DNA from: an uncultured Verrucomicrobiota bacterium
GTDB taxonomy: Bacteria; Verrucomicrobiota; Verrucomicrobiia; Palsa-1439
Assembly: GCA_964541945.1 (NCBI GenBank)
Contig: CAZISE010000012.1
Coordinates: 10,464 to 34,463, forward strand
Length of the DNA stretch: 24,000 nt
Reading direction: 5' to 3'
The notes under the pieces are model-generated. The model was not told the DNA's origin. It saw only the letters and a program-made list of their open reading frames with translations, and searched no databases. The number at the start of each line of letters is the position of its first letter. The first letter of the stretch is position 1. Both the position numbers and the translations under genes were made by a program. This document shows positions 1-7,497 of this stretch, piece by piece.

Positions 1-210
1 GAAGTGGCGTGTGGGTATGAAGTCGCCGGTTTCGTGCGGAACCTGCCCGATGGCCGTGTACAGTTGACGGTGGAGGGCGAGGAGGATGAACTGAAAGCCT
101 TTGTGGCAGCCATCCGCGACGCCGGTTTGGCCGGACACATTCGCCATGAGGAAACGCACTGGGAGCCGGCCACAGGGGAATTCAATCGTTTTGAGATACG
201 TTTTGGATGA
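1..210 (+). CDS. acyP: Acylphosphatase, 5'-truncated by the window edge
   Basis: The frame is open from base 1. The translation ...GFVRNLPDGRVQLTVEGEEDELKAFVAAIR...FEIRF matches the C-terminal two thirds of the acylphosphatase fold pattern (G-x-V-x-N-x-x-DG-x-V). The TGA stop at 208-210 overlaps the next ATG. Confidence 0.8.
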   Translation, partial: EVACGYEVAGFVRNLPDGRVQLTVEGEEDELKAFVAAIRDAGLAGHIRHEETHWEPATGEFNRFEIRFG

Positions 211-1073
211 TGGACGCGATTCGGACGGAAAACCTGACAAAGAAGTACAACCTCGGCTGGGGGCGTGGACGGCTGTTGGCGTTGGATGGTCTGAATTTGC
301 GTGTTCGGGAAGGGGAGGTATACGGGTTGCTTGGCCCGAACGGTTCGGGCAAAAGTACCACGCTGAAATTGATTCTTCACTTGGTTTGGCCAACCGACGG
401 CAGCGCTTGGATCTTCGATGTACCATGCAACAAGGTGGTCTCGCGCCTGCATGTGGGGTTTTTGCCGGAAAATCCCTATTTTTACCGTTATCTCACCGGG
501 GCAGAAACGCTGGAGTTTTACGGTAAACTGTGCGGAATGCGCGGGGCAACACTGAAGAAACGCATTGACGAGTTATTGGAGATGGTGGGGTTGGCACATG
601 CCCGCGACCGCCGGTTGATGGGGTATTCGAAGGGGATGCTGCAACGGATCGGGCTGGCCCAGGCGTTGATTCATGATCCACGCTTGTTGCTCTTGGATGA
701 GCCAACGGCCGGGGTGGACCCCATCGGCAGCAAGGAGATCCGCGACTTGATTCTGCGCTTGAAACAGATGGGGAAAACGGTTCTCCTCAGTTCACACCTG
801 TTGGCCCAGGTGCAAGATGTTTGCGACCGCATCGGCGTGTTAAATCTGGGAAAAATGATTCTGGAAGGGGAGGTCAGCCAGTTGGTGCGGGACCAACGCC
901 GGTTGAGTTTCACCGTGCAGGATTTGCCGGAGTCGGCGCGCGCCTCCGTGGAGGCGGCTGTGCAGGCGGCTGGCGGCAAGGTGGTGGCTGTGGAGCATCC
1001 GCAGACAACCCTGGAGTCGTTGTTCTTGGACGCCTTGCGCAAGGACAAACGAGGAGCCGGAGAGCATGATTGA
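207..1073 (+). CDS. ABC transporter ATP-binding protein (ABC-2 type)
   Basis: Contains Walker A GPNGSGKST, signature-like YSKGMLQR and Walker B LLLLDEPTAGVDP. The ATG at 207 overlaps the upstream stop (ATGA). Confidence 0.93.
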   Translation: MMDAIRTENLTKKYNLGWGRGRLLALDGLNLRVREGEVYGLLGPNGSGKSTTLKLILHLVWPTDGSAWIFDVPCNKVVSRLHVGFLPENPYFYRYLTGAETLEFYGKLCGMRGATLKKRIDELLEMVGLAHARDRRLMGYSKGMLQRIGLAQALIHDPRLLLLDEPTAGVDPIGSKEIRDLILRLKQMGKTVLLSSHLLAQVQDVCDRIGVLNLGKMILEGEVSQLVRDQRRLSFTVQDLPESARASVEAAVQAAGGKVVAVEHPQTTLESLFLDALRKDKRGAGEHD

Positions 1074-1971
1074 CGTTCGCAAAGAATGGGTGGGGTTCTC
1101 GTTGGGGCGAGTCTGGACAATTGCGGTGAACACACTCACCGAGGCACTCCGACAAAAGGTCTATTTGATCTTGATTTTGTTTGCCCTGGTGGTGATTGCC
1201 AGCGCCAGCTTCTTCTCGCAATTTGGTTTTGGCGAGGACGGCGGTCAGGAAGCGCTGGAACAGTTGAAATTCATCAAGGATTTCGGGTTGGGCGCGATTT
1301 CGGTCTTTGGCGTGCTGATTGCCATTGTGGGCACGGCACAATTGATTCCAAACGAGATGGAGAATCGTACGATTTACACGGTGCTGGCAAAGCCGGTTCG
1401 CCGGGCGGAGTTCCTATTGGGCAAGTACGGGGGAAGCTTACTGCTGATCCTGGTGAGTCTGGTGATGATGTCCCTGATGTTCGGGGCGGCCTTGAAGATC
1501 AAGGGCGACAATTATCTGCAACTGACCCGTCAGAACACCGCGCAAGCCGACAGCTCTGTCAACGCCGAGGAACTCGCGCAACAGGTGCGAAAACTCCAGG
1601 CGGCCGTCCATGACCCCGACCTGATCAAGGCGGTTTGGCTGGTGTTCATGAAACTGTCGCTGCTGGCGGGAATCACATTGTTTGTCTCCACCTTCTCCAC
1701 CTCCATGGTTTTCAATGTGGCGGTGACGGCGCTGGTGTTTTTCGCCGGACATCTGACCGGTTCGGCCAAGGAGCGATGGGGGGAAAGCGGTCTTGCCCAG
1801 TTTCTTCTGGCGTTGATCCCGGACCTGAGCGTGTTCAATATTGCCGATGAAATCATCCTGGGACATGCGATTCCCTGGAGCTACGTGCAGAAAGTGACGT
1901 TGTACGGGTTGGTGTACATCGTGGCGGTGGTGGCCGCCGCGCATTTTGTGTTTGCGGAGAGGGAGATTTAG
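1066..1971 (+). CDS. ABC-2 family transporter permease
   Basis: Multiple hydrophobic spans and the ABC-2/NosY-like motif NEMENRTIYTVLAKPVRR. It overlaps the ATPase gene by 8 nt. Confidence 0.85.
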   Translation: MIDVRKEWVGFSLGRVWTIAVNTLTEALRQKVYLILILFALVVIASASFFSQFGFGEDGGQEALEQLKFIKDFGLGAISVFGVLIAIVGTAQLIPNEMENRTIYTVLAKPVRRAEFLLGKYGGSLLLILVSLVMMSLMFGAALKIKGDNYLQLTRQNTAQADSSVNAEELAQQVRKLQAAVHDPDLIKAVWLVFMKLSLLAGITLFVSTFSTSMVFNVAVTALVFFAGHLTGSAKERWGESGLAQFLLALIPDLSVFNIADEIILGHAIPWSYVQKVTLYGLVYIVAVVAAAHFVFAEREI

Positions 1972-1974
1972 GCG

Positions 1975-2760
1975 ATGCGCGCGGTGCTACTTGCGATTTT
2001 GTGTCTCCTGCTTCCGTCCTGGGGTACGTTGTCATTGCAACAACGCATTGAACACCAACGCTTGAGCCTGAAGTTCGGAGGGATGCCCGTCACCCGACAG
2101 ATGCGCGATGTGCTGGGACAAGGGATGGCGATTGGTTTGCTGGCCGGTTTTCGCGGGATTGTGGCTGATTTTCTCTGGATTCAGGCCCATGCTTTTTGGG
2201 AGAAGAAACAATGGCTGCAGCAATACAACAAAATGCAAATGGCGACGATGTTGCAGCCGCAATCGGTTTTGTTCTGGGATGCGGGTGCCTGGCACATGGC
2301 GTGGAACATCGGCTATGCCGAGCGCACTGATACAAACAATTACACCGTGGCGCAAGGCATGAAACGAGAACAGGTCTGGCACCAGCGCGCGCGCGATTTT
2401 CTCTTGCGCGGCTTGCAGAACATCCCCAACCGCTACGAATTGTATTTCAAACTCGGTTGGCTCTACGACCAGAAATTCAAAGACCCCTGCCTGGCGGCAC
2501 AACAGTATGCGATTGCCGCGAGTTTTCCCAATGTACCCACCTACATTGTGCGTATGCATTGTCGAAAACTGGGAGAGTGCGGAAAACTGCAGGAAGCCTA
2601 CGAGTGCTGGAAACGAATTTGGTTTCAAGACCATAAAAAAGTGCCTCATATCTGGAGCGTTGTGGAACGGGAATTGCGGGAGATTGAAAACGAATTGAAC
2701 GTGCCCGACGCCCAGCGGGTCTTGCCCCCCAAAAACAAACAGCTCGATACCACCCGATGA
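1975..2760 (+). CDS. Conserved hypothetical membrane-anchored helical (TPR-like) protein
   Basis: The ATG lies 3 nt after the permease stop. It has an N-terminal signal-like segment (MRAVLLAILCLLLPSWG), one hydrophobic span (GMAIGLLAGFRGIVADFLWI), then a Trp/Tyr-rich helical region. High-GC third positions are consistent with coding. No catalytic motif was recognised. Confidence 0.6.
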   Translation: MRAVLLAILCLLLPSWGTLSLQQRIEHQRLSLKFGGMPVTRQMRDVLGQGMAIGLLAGFRGIVADFLWIQAHAFWEKKQWLQQYNKMQMATMLQPQSVLFWDAGAWHMAWNIGYAERTDTNNYTVAQGMKREQVWHQRARDFLLRGLQNIPNRYELYFKLGWLYDQKFKDPCLAAQQYAIAASFPNVPTYIVRMHCRKLGECGKLQEAYECWKRIWFQDHKKVPHIWSVVERELREIENELNVPDAQRVLPPKNKQLDTTR

Positions 2761-3482
2761 AATACGCCATCTTAGGAGATATTCACAGCAATCTTGAAGC
2801 GTTGCAAACCGTCCTTGCTCACGCCAAACAACAGAACTGCACCCATTACGTCTGTCTCGGCGACATTGTAGGTTACGGACCGAATCCAAAGGAGTGCCTC
2901 GACATTGTTCGCAGTTTGAATTGTCCCGTTGTCATGGGCAATCACGACGAGTATTGCGGCACCATTCTCGATCTGACCGGGTTCAACCCAATGGCCGCCG
3001 AGGCCATCAAGTGGACCCGCGAGCAACTTACCGAGGATGACCGCGAATGGCTTCGCGGCTTGAAGTATTCCCGCATTGTCGAGGCGTTTACCATCGTGCA
3101 CGCCACGCTCGACCTGCCCGAAAAATGGGCCTACGTCTTCGACAAACTCGCCGCTGCGGCCAGCATGAATTATCAGCGTACCCCCGTCTGTTTCAATGGC
3201 CACACCCATGTGCCTGTCGCGTTCGTGCGCACCCCCACCGGCATCCAGGGCGGCATGTACACAAGAATCAAGGTGGAAGTGGGCCGCAAATACTTCATCA
3301 ACGCCGGCTCCATCGGACAGCCGCGCGACCGCAACCCGTTTGCTGCCTACACAACCTACGATCTGATCAACAACCAGATCGAACTGCACCGCGTCGAATA
3401 CGACTTCCGCATCACACAGGAGAAAATCCGGGCCGCCGGACTTCCGGAATCCCTCGCCGAGCGGCTCGAATACGGCAAGTGA
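2757..3482 (+). CDS. Metallophosphoesterase family protein (calcineurin-like phosphoesterase)
   Basis: Contains the motifs GDIHSN, GDIVGYGPNP, GNHD and GHTHVP in the canonical order. There is an ATGA overlap with the upstream gene. Confidence 0.88.
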   Translation: MKYAILGDIHSNLEALQTVLAHAKQQNCTHYVCLGDIVGYGPNPKECLDIVRSLNCPVVMGNHDEYCGTILDLTGFNPMAAEAIKWTREQLTEDDREWLRGLKYSRIVEAFTIVHATLDLPEKWAYVFDKLAAAASMNYQRTPVCFNGHTHVPVAFVRTPTGIQGGMYTRIKVEVGRKYFINAGSIGQPRDRNPFAAYTTYDLINNQIELHRVEYDFRITQEKIRAAGLPESLAERLEYGK

Positions 3483-4450
3483 GCGCTGTCTCGCGCATTC
3501 TGATCGTCAAACCCAGCTCGCTGGGCGATGTCATCCACGCCCTGCCGACCGCTGCGCGCCTCCGCTGCCGTTTCCCGCAGGCGCACATTGCCTGGCTCGT
3601 CAACGACACCCTCTCCTCACTGCTTCAGCGCTGCCCTGTCATCAACGAGATCATTCCGTTCGCGCGCCATCATGCCCGCCAGTGGTATCCCCTGTTGCGC
3701 CGTCTCCGAACGGAACGATTCGATCTGGTGGTGGATTTGCAAGGACTGTTGCGCAGCGGCATCATGACAATCGCCACCGGCGCCCCGCGTCGCATCGGCC
3801 TCAGCGACGCCCGTGAAGGGTCACGGTTGTTCTACAATGAAATCGTGGCGGTCCCCCGCTGTCATGCCGTTGACCGCTATCTGTGTGTCGCCAACCACCT
3901 CGGTTGCGAGGCTGGCCCGGTCGAGTTTCCTCTTGGTCTGCCATCGCCGGTTTCAGATCTCAGATCTCAAATTTCAAATTTCAAATCGCCAATCGCTATC
4001 CATCCCACCGCCCGCTGGCCCACCAAACTCTGGGGCGACGAGCGCTTTGCCGAACTCGTGCGCCGTCTCCCTCCCGACCGTGTTGTCCTGACCGGTGCCG
4101 CCAGCGAGCGCGACCGCATCGAGACGATTGCCCAGGGCCGCCCCAATCTCGCCGGCAAGACCAGCCTGTTGGAACTGGCAGAACTCTATGCCCGTTGTGC
4201 TGTTGTCGTCACCAACGACAGCGGCCCCATGCACCTCGCCGCCGCCGTTGGCACGCCGGTGGTGGCCATCTTTGGCCCGACGGACCCGTCGCTGACCGGG
4301 CCGTACGGCAACCGACACGTTGTGTTGCGCTCAGCGGTTGACTGTTCGCCCTGCTTCAAGAAGCATTGTGTCCACCGCCCGCCGATGGAGTGCATGGAGC
4401 AGGTGACCGTTGAACAAGTTCTCGCCGCCGTGAACCCCTTTTTGGTATAA
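3479..4450 (+). CDS. Glycosyltransferase family 9 (LPS heptosyltransferase-like)
   Basis: The N-terminus RILIVKPSSLGDVIHALP and the C-terminus VTNDSGPMHLAAAVGTPVVAIFGPTDP are typical of WaaC/WaaF-type GT9 enzymes. I place the start at the GTG at 3479, which overlaps the upstream TGA (GTGA). The listed ORF from 3047 runs out of frame through the previous gene. Confidence 0.88.
   Translation: MSAVSRILIVKPSSLGDVIHALPTAARLRCRFPQAHIAWLVNDTLSSLLQRCPVINEIIPFARHHARQWYPLLRRLRTERFDLVVDLQGLLRSGIMTIATGAPRRIGLSDAREGSRLFYNEIVAVPRCHAVDRYLCVANHLGCEAGPVEFPLGLPSPVSDLRSQISNFKSPIAIHPTARWPTKLWGDERFAELVRRLPPDRVVLTGAASERDRIETIAQGRPNLAGKTSLLELAELYARCAVVVTNDSGPMHLAAAVGTPVVAIFGPTDPSLTGPYGNRHVVLRSAVDCSPCFKKHCVHRPPMECMEQVTVEQVLAAVNPFLV
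3950..3998 (+). repeat. Degenerate tandem heptanucleotide array, 7 units, inside the GT9 inter-domain linker
   Basis: Read directly from the sequence: GTTTCAG ATCTCAG ATCTCAA ATTTCAA ATTTCAA ATCGCCA ATCGCTA. It is AT-rich in a GC-rich gene and translates as VSDLRSQISNFKSPIA. Confidence 0.75.
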
Positions 4451-4462
4451 GGCTCCCCCACT

Positions 4463-5485
4463 ATGACCGAACTAGAACAACAACTTCAGTCCCTTCGCGC
4501 CGAAGCCGAAACCGCCATCGTCGGCTGTGCGGACCTACCGGCCCTTGTCCAGACCAAGGCCAAATACCTCGGCCCGCACGGCGCCATTACCGGTATTTTG
4601 AAACAACTCGGCACGCTCTCCAAAGAAGACCGTCCGCGCGTTGGCAAGCTCGCCAACGAAGCCAAAAACGCCCTCGCCGCGGCCATCGAAGCGAAACAGG
4701 CGGAACTGGAATCTCAAGTCTCCAATCTCAAATCTGAAATTGACACGACCTTACCCGGTCGCCGCCACCGTCTGGGGCATCTGCATCCACTAACGCAAAT
4801 CTTCGAGCAGACCGTCGCCATCTTTCGCCGGATGGGATTTGCCGTCGAAGACGGCCCCGAGATCGAGGATGAATGGCATTGTTTTGATGCGCTCAATACG
4901 CCCGCCGATCATCCCGCGCGCGATATTCAGGACACGCTCTATGTGGATTTGCCGCCGCATCCGCAACACGGCCGTTACCTGCTTCGCACCCACACCTCGC
5001 CGGTGCAGGTTCGCACGATGCTTCAACGTCAGCCCCCCATCCGCATCGTCGCTCCCGGTCGCGTCTTTCGCCGCGACAATCCCGATGCCACGCACAGCCC
5101 GACGTTTCACCAGATCGAAGGATTGTACGTGGACAAGAACGTGACCGTGGCCGATCTCAAAGGAACCGTTGAGTTCTTCTTCAAACAATTGCTCGACCCG
5201 GAAACGAAAGTTCGGTTCCGCCCGCATTTCTTCCCGTACACCGAGCCGAGCTTCGAGATTGACCTTTCCACGCCACATTTCCGTGCTCGCGGCCGGGAAT
5301 GGATCGAAATCGCCGGCTGCGGCATGGTGGACCCGAACGTCTTCAAGGCCGTCGGCTATCCCGACGACGCCTATACCGGTTGGGCCTTCGGCTTCGGCAT
5401 CGAGCGGCTGGCGATGGTCCAGTACGGCATCACCGATATCCGCCTGTTCACCGAGAACGATGTCCGGTTTCTGGCACAATTTTGA
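4463..5485 (+). CDS. pheS: Phenylalanine--tRNA ligase alpha subunit
   Basis: Shows full-length similarity to PheS: IDTTLPGRR...HPLTQ, FDALNTPADHPARD, LLRTHTSPVQVR, class II motif 3 GFGIERLAM. Confidence 0.97.
   Translation: MTELEQQLQSLRAEAETAIVGCADLPALVQTKAKYLGPHGAITGILKQLGTLSKEDRPRVGKLANEAKNALAAAIEAKQAELESQVSNLKSEIDTTLPGRRHRLGHLHPLTQIFEQTVAIFRRMGFAVEDGPEIEDEWHCFDALNTPADHPARDIQDTLYVDLPPHPQHGRYLLRTHTSPVQVRTMLQRQPPIRIVAPGRVFRRDNPDATHSPTFHQIEGLYVDKNVTVADLKGTVEFFFKQLLDPETKVRFRPHFFPYTEPSFEIDLSTPHFRARGREWIEIAGCGMVDPNVFKAVGYPDDAYTGWAFGFGIERLAMVQYGITDIRLFTENDVRFLAQF
4711..4745 (+). repeat. Second short heptanucleotide array of the same unit family, inside pheS
   Basis: Read directly: ATCTCAA GTCTCCA ATCTCAA ATCTGAA ATTGACA. 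It shares the exact unit ATCTCAA with the array at 3950-3998. Confidence 0.5.
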
Positions 5486-5504
5486 TTTCCAAAGGCAACC
5501 CATC

Positions 5505-6005
5505 ATGACAACCACCAATGAAAATCTAAAGATCGCGTTTGCCGGCGAGAGCCAGGCCAACCGAAAATATCTGGCGTTCGCCAGAAAAGCCGAAAAAGAC
5601 GGTTTTCCAATCGTCGCCCGCCTGTTCCGCGCCGCGGCAGAAGCCGAAACCATCCACGCGCACGGCCATCTGGAGGCCATGGGCGGCATCCGTTCCACGC
5701 TCGAAAACCTCCAAGAAGCCGTGGCCAGCGAAACCTACGAGTTCCAGGAAATGTACCCGCCGATGCTGGAGCAGGCCCGAAAAGACCGTCATCGCGCCAA
5801 AACCATGTTCGGCTACGCGCTCCAAGCCGAAGAAGTCCACGCCCAACTCTACGCCCGCGCCCTGGCGGCGGTGAAAGCAGGACGCGACCTCGATACAATC
5901 GAAATCTGGCTCTGCCCCGTTTGCGGTCACATCGAACTTGGCAAGCCCACGGCCCAATGCCCCATCTGCGGTTTGCCGCCCCACAAATACATCGAAATCC
6001 GCTAA
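5505..6005 (+). CDS. rbr: Rubrerythrin
   Basis: The di-iron four-helix motifs (GESQANRKY, EAETIHAHGH, SETYEFQEMY, QAEEVHAQLY) are followed by a C-terminal rubredoxin-like CPVCG...CPICG. The ATG at 5505 is in frame with the listed ORF 5169..6005, whose upstream part overlaps pheS. Confidence 0.93.
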   Translation: MTTTNENLKIAFAGESQANRKYLAFARKAEKDGFPIVARLFRAAAEAETIHAHGHLEAMGGIRSTLENLQEAVASETYEFQEMYPPMLEQARKDRHRAKTMFGYALQAEEVHAQLYARALAAVKAGRDLDTIEIWLCPVCGHIELGKPTAQCPICGLPPHKYIEIR

Positions 6006-6016
6006 CGGGTCCTGCC

Positions 6017-6634
6017 ATGAAAAGAAAAAACGGCCTCGCCGCAGCGCCGGAGGTCAACATCCGACTGATGCGGCTGGAAGACATGCCACGGGTGTTCAAA
6101 ATCGGCCAGCAATTGTTCACACCCGAACGCTGGCCCACGCTGTATCGGGCGTGGGACGAATACGAAATCACCGAATTGTACGGTACCGACGACGAGTTTT
6201 GCCTGGTGGCGGAAACCGAAAGGGGACGAGTGGTGGGATTTGCGCTGGGAGCGATGATGCAAAAACCGCAAAGCGCCTGGCGCTACGGATGGCTGTTGTG
6301 GCTGGGCGTCGCTCCGCGCTACGCCGGACGCGGCATCGGCGGCCGCCTGGTTCACCACATCACCGAACGCTTCATCGAGCACGGCGCCCGGATGATGTTG
6401 GTGGATACCGATGAGGAGAACACCGAGGCGCTGGAGTTTTTCCGCCAACAGGGATTCGGCCACGAAGTGCGCCACATCTACCTGTCCAAAAACTTCGTCC
6501 ACCACCCTCATTATCGCGCCTGGCGCGCCGCCAAACGACGAGCCATGGCGCGGCGTCGGCGACGTTTGTTGACCTCGCAGGTGGTGCGCGGCAAAACCGC
6601 TCGCGCCAAACTCCAACGCCGCCGCCACCACTAA
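6017..6634 (+). CDS. GNAT family N-acetyltransferase with Arg/Lys-rich C-terminal tail
   Basis: Has the acetyl-CoA binding motif VAPRYAGRGIGGRL and the GNAT beta-alpha pattern (FALGAMM..., EALEFFRQQGF). The start is taken at the ATG at 6017 (MKRKNG...), 11 nt after the rubrerythrin stop. Confidence 0.85.
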   Translation: MKRKNGLAAAPEVNIRLMRLEDMPRVFKIGQQLFTPERWPTLYRAWDEYEITELYGTDDEFCLVAETERGRVVGFALGAMMQKPQSAWRYGWLLWLGVAPRYAGRGIGGRLVHHITERFIEHGARMMLVDTDEENTEALEFFRQQGFGHEVRHIYLSKNFVHHPHYRAWRAAKRRAMARRRRRLLTSQVVRGKTARAKLQRRRHH

Positions 6635-6769
6635 TCTACGGACTCGACGGACGCCGTGGCAGCCACTAGACTGAACGCGACATGAAATCGGCCCGCCAAC
6701 AGAGAAGGCGATGGCGTGGAACCCTTTCCCGCCCCGCCGTCGAGGAGGGGCGAAAACGAGAGGACGACA

Positions 6770-7492
6770 ATGAGAACGAATAACAACTGGAGCGTTGTGA
6801 GAAAAAGCATCGGCGTTCTGTGTTTGGCTGCCGCCGCGTGCGCGACAGCGGCGGAGAAGACGCCGATACGGGTGGCGTGCGTGGGCGACAGCATCACGGC
6901 GGGCGTCGGCGCCTCCAAGGGGAATTCTTATCCCGATCAGCTCGGACGGATGCTGGGGGCGGAATGGACCGTGAGGAATTTTGGAGTCAGCGGTACAACG
7001 TTGCTCAATCACGGCGACCGTCCTTACCAGAAACAGGGGGCGTTCAAGAAAGCGTTGGAATTTCAGCCGAACATCGTGGTCATCAAGCTTGGCACCAATG
7101 ACACCAAGCCACAGAACTGGAAGTTCAAAGACGAGTTTGTGGCCGATTACAAGGACCTCATTGGCCAGTTCGCAAAACTGCCGAGCCGCCCGCGAATTTT
7201 CATTTGCCGGCCCGCGCCCGTGCCCGGCAAGGGAAACTTCGGCATCAATGAAGCGGGAGTGTTGGAACAATTGCCGATGCTCGACAAAATTGCCGCCGAA
7301 GAGAATGCAACTGTCATTGACATTTATGCGGCGCTGAAAGACCACCCGGAAATGTTGCCGGATCGGGTTCATCCGAACACGGCGGGCGCAACCATCATGG
7401 CCCGGACGGTCTTCAAGGCGCTGACCGGCAAAGAGTTCAGCGGCGAAACGCCGTTGGTGGCCCCGCCGGCAGAAACGAAGAGCAAGAAATAA
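6770..7492 (+). CDS. Secreted SGNH/GDSL hydrolase (acetylesterase/lipase-like)
   Basis: Contains SGNH blocks I GDSITAG, II FGVSGTT, III LGTNDTK and V DRVHPN. A signal peptide (MRTNNNWSVVRKSIGVLCLAAAACATAAE) follows from the ATG at 6770, preceded by a purine-rich stretch. Confidence 0.88.
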   Translation: MRTNNNWSVVRKSIGVLCLAAAACATAAEKTPIRVACVGDSITAGVGASKGNSYPDQLGRMLGAEWTVRNFGVSGTTLLNHGDRPYQKQGAFKKALEFQPNIVVIKLGTNDTKPQNWKFKDEFVADYKDLIGQFAKLPSRPRIFICRPAPVPGKGNFGINEAGVLEQLPMLDKIAAEENATVIDIYAALKDHPEMLPDRVHPNTAGATIMARTVFKALTGKEFSGETPLVAPPAETKSKK

Positions 7493-7497
7493 AATCC

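Noticed and set aside
3047-3478. A 5' extension of the GT9 ORF (the listed ORF starts at 3047).
   Set aside because: This part runs out of frame through the metallophosphoesterase gene and translates to Arg/Pro/His-rich sequence. The GT9 homology begins at RILIVKPSSLGD, just after the GTG at 3479.
5169-5504. Upstream extensions of the rubrerythrin ORF (listed from 5169) and, likewise, of the GNAT ORF (5921..6016).
   Set aside because: Both extensions overlap the preceding well-supported genes out of frame. The homologous protein cores start at the internal ATGs at 5505 and 6017.
6635-6769. The hairpin CGCCCC...GGGGCG, just upstream of the SGNH hydrolase start within this 135-nt gap, as a possible terminator after the GNAT gene.
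   Set aside because: No U-tract follows the stem (the next bases are AAAAC). It sits only about 20 nt before the SGNH start codon, so it is more likely incidental 5'-UTR structure. The support is insufficient for a terminator call.
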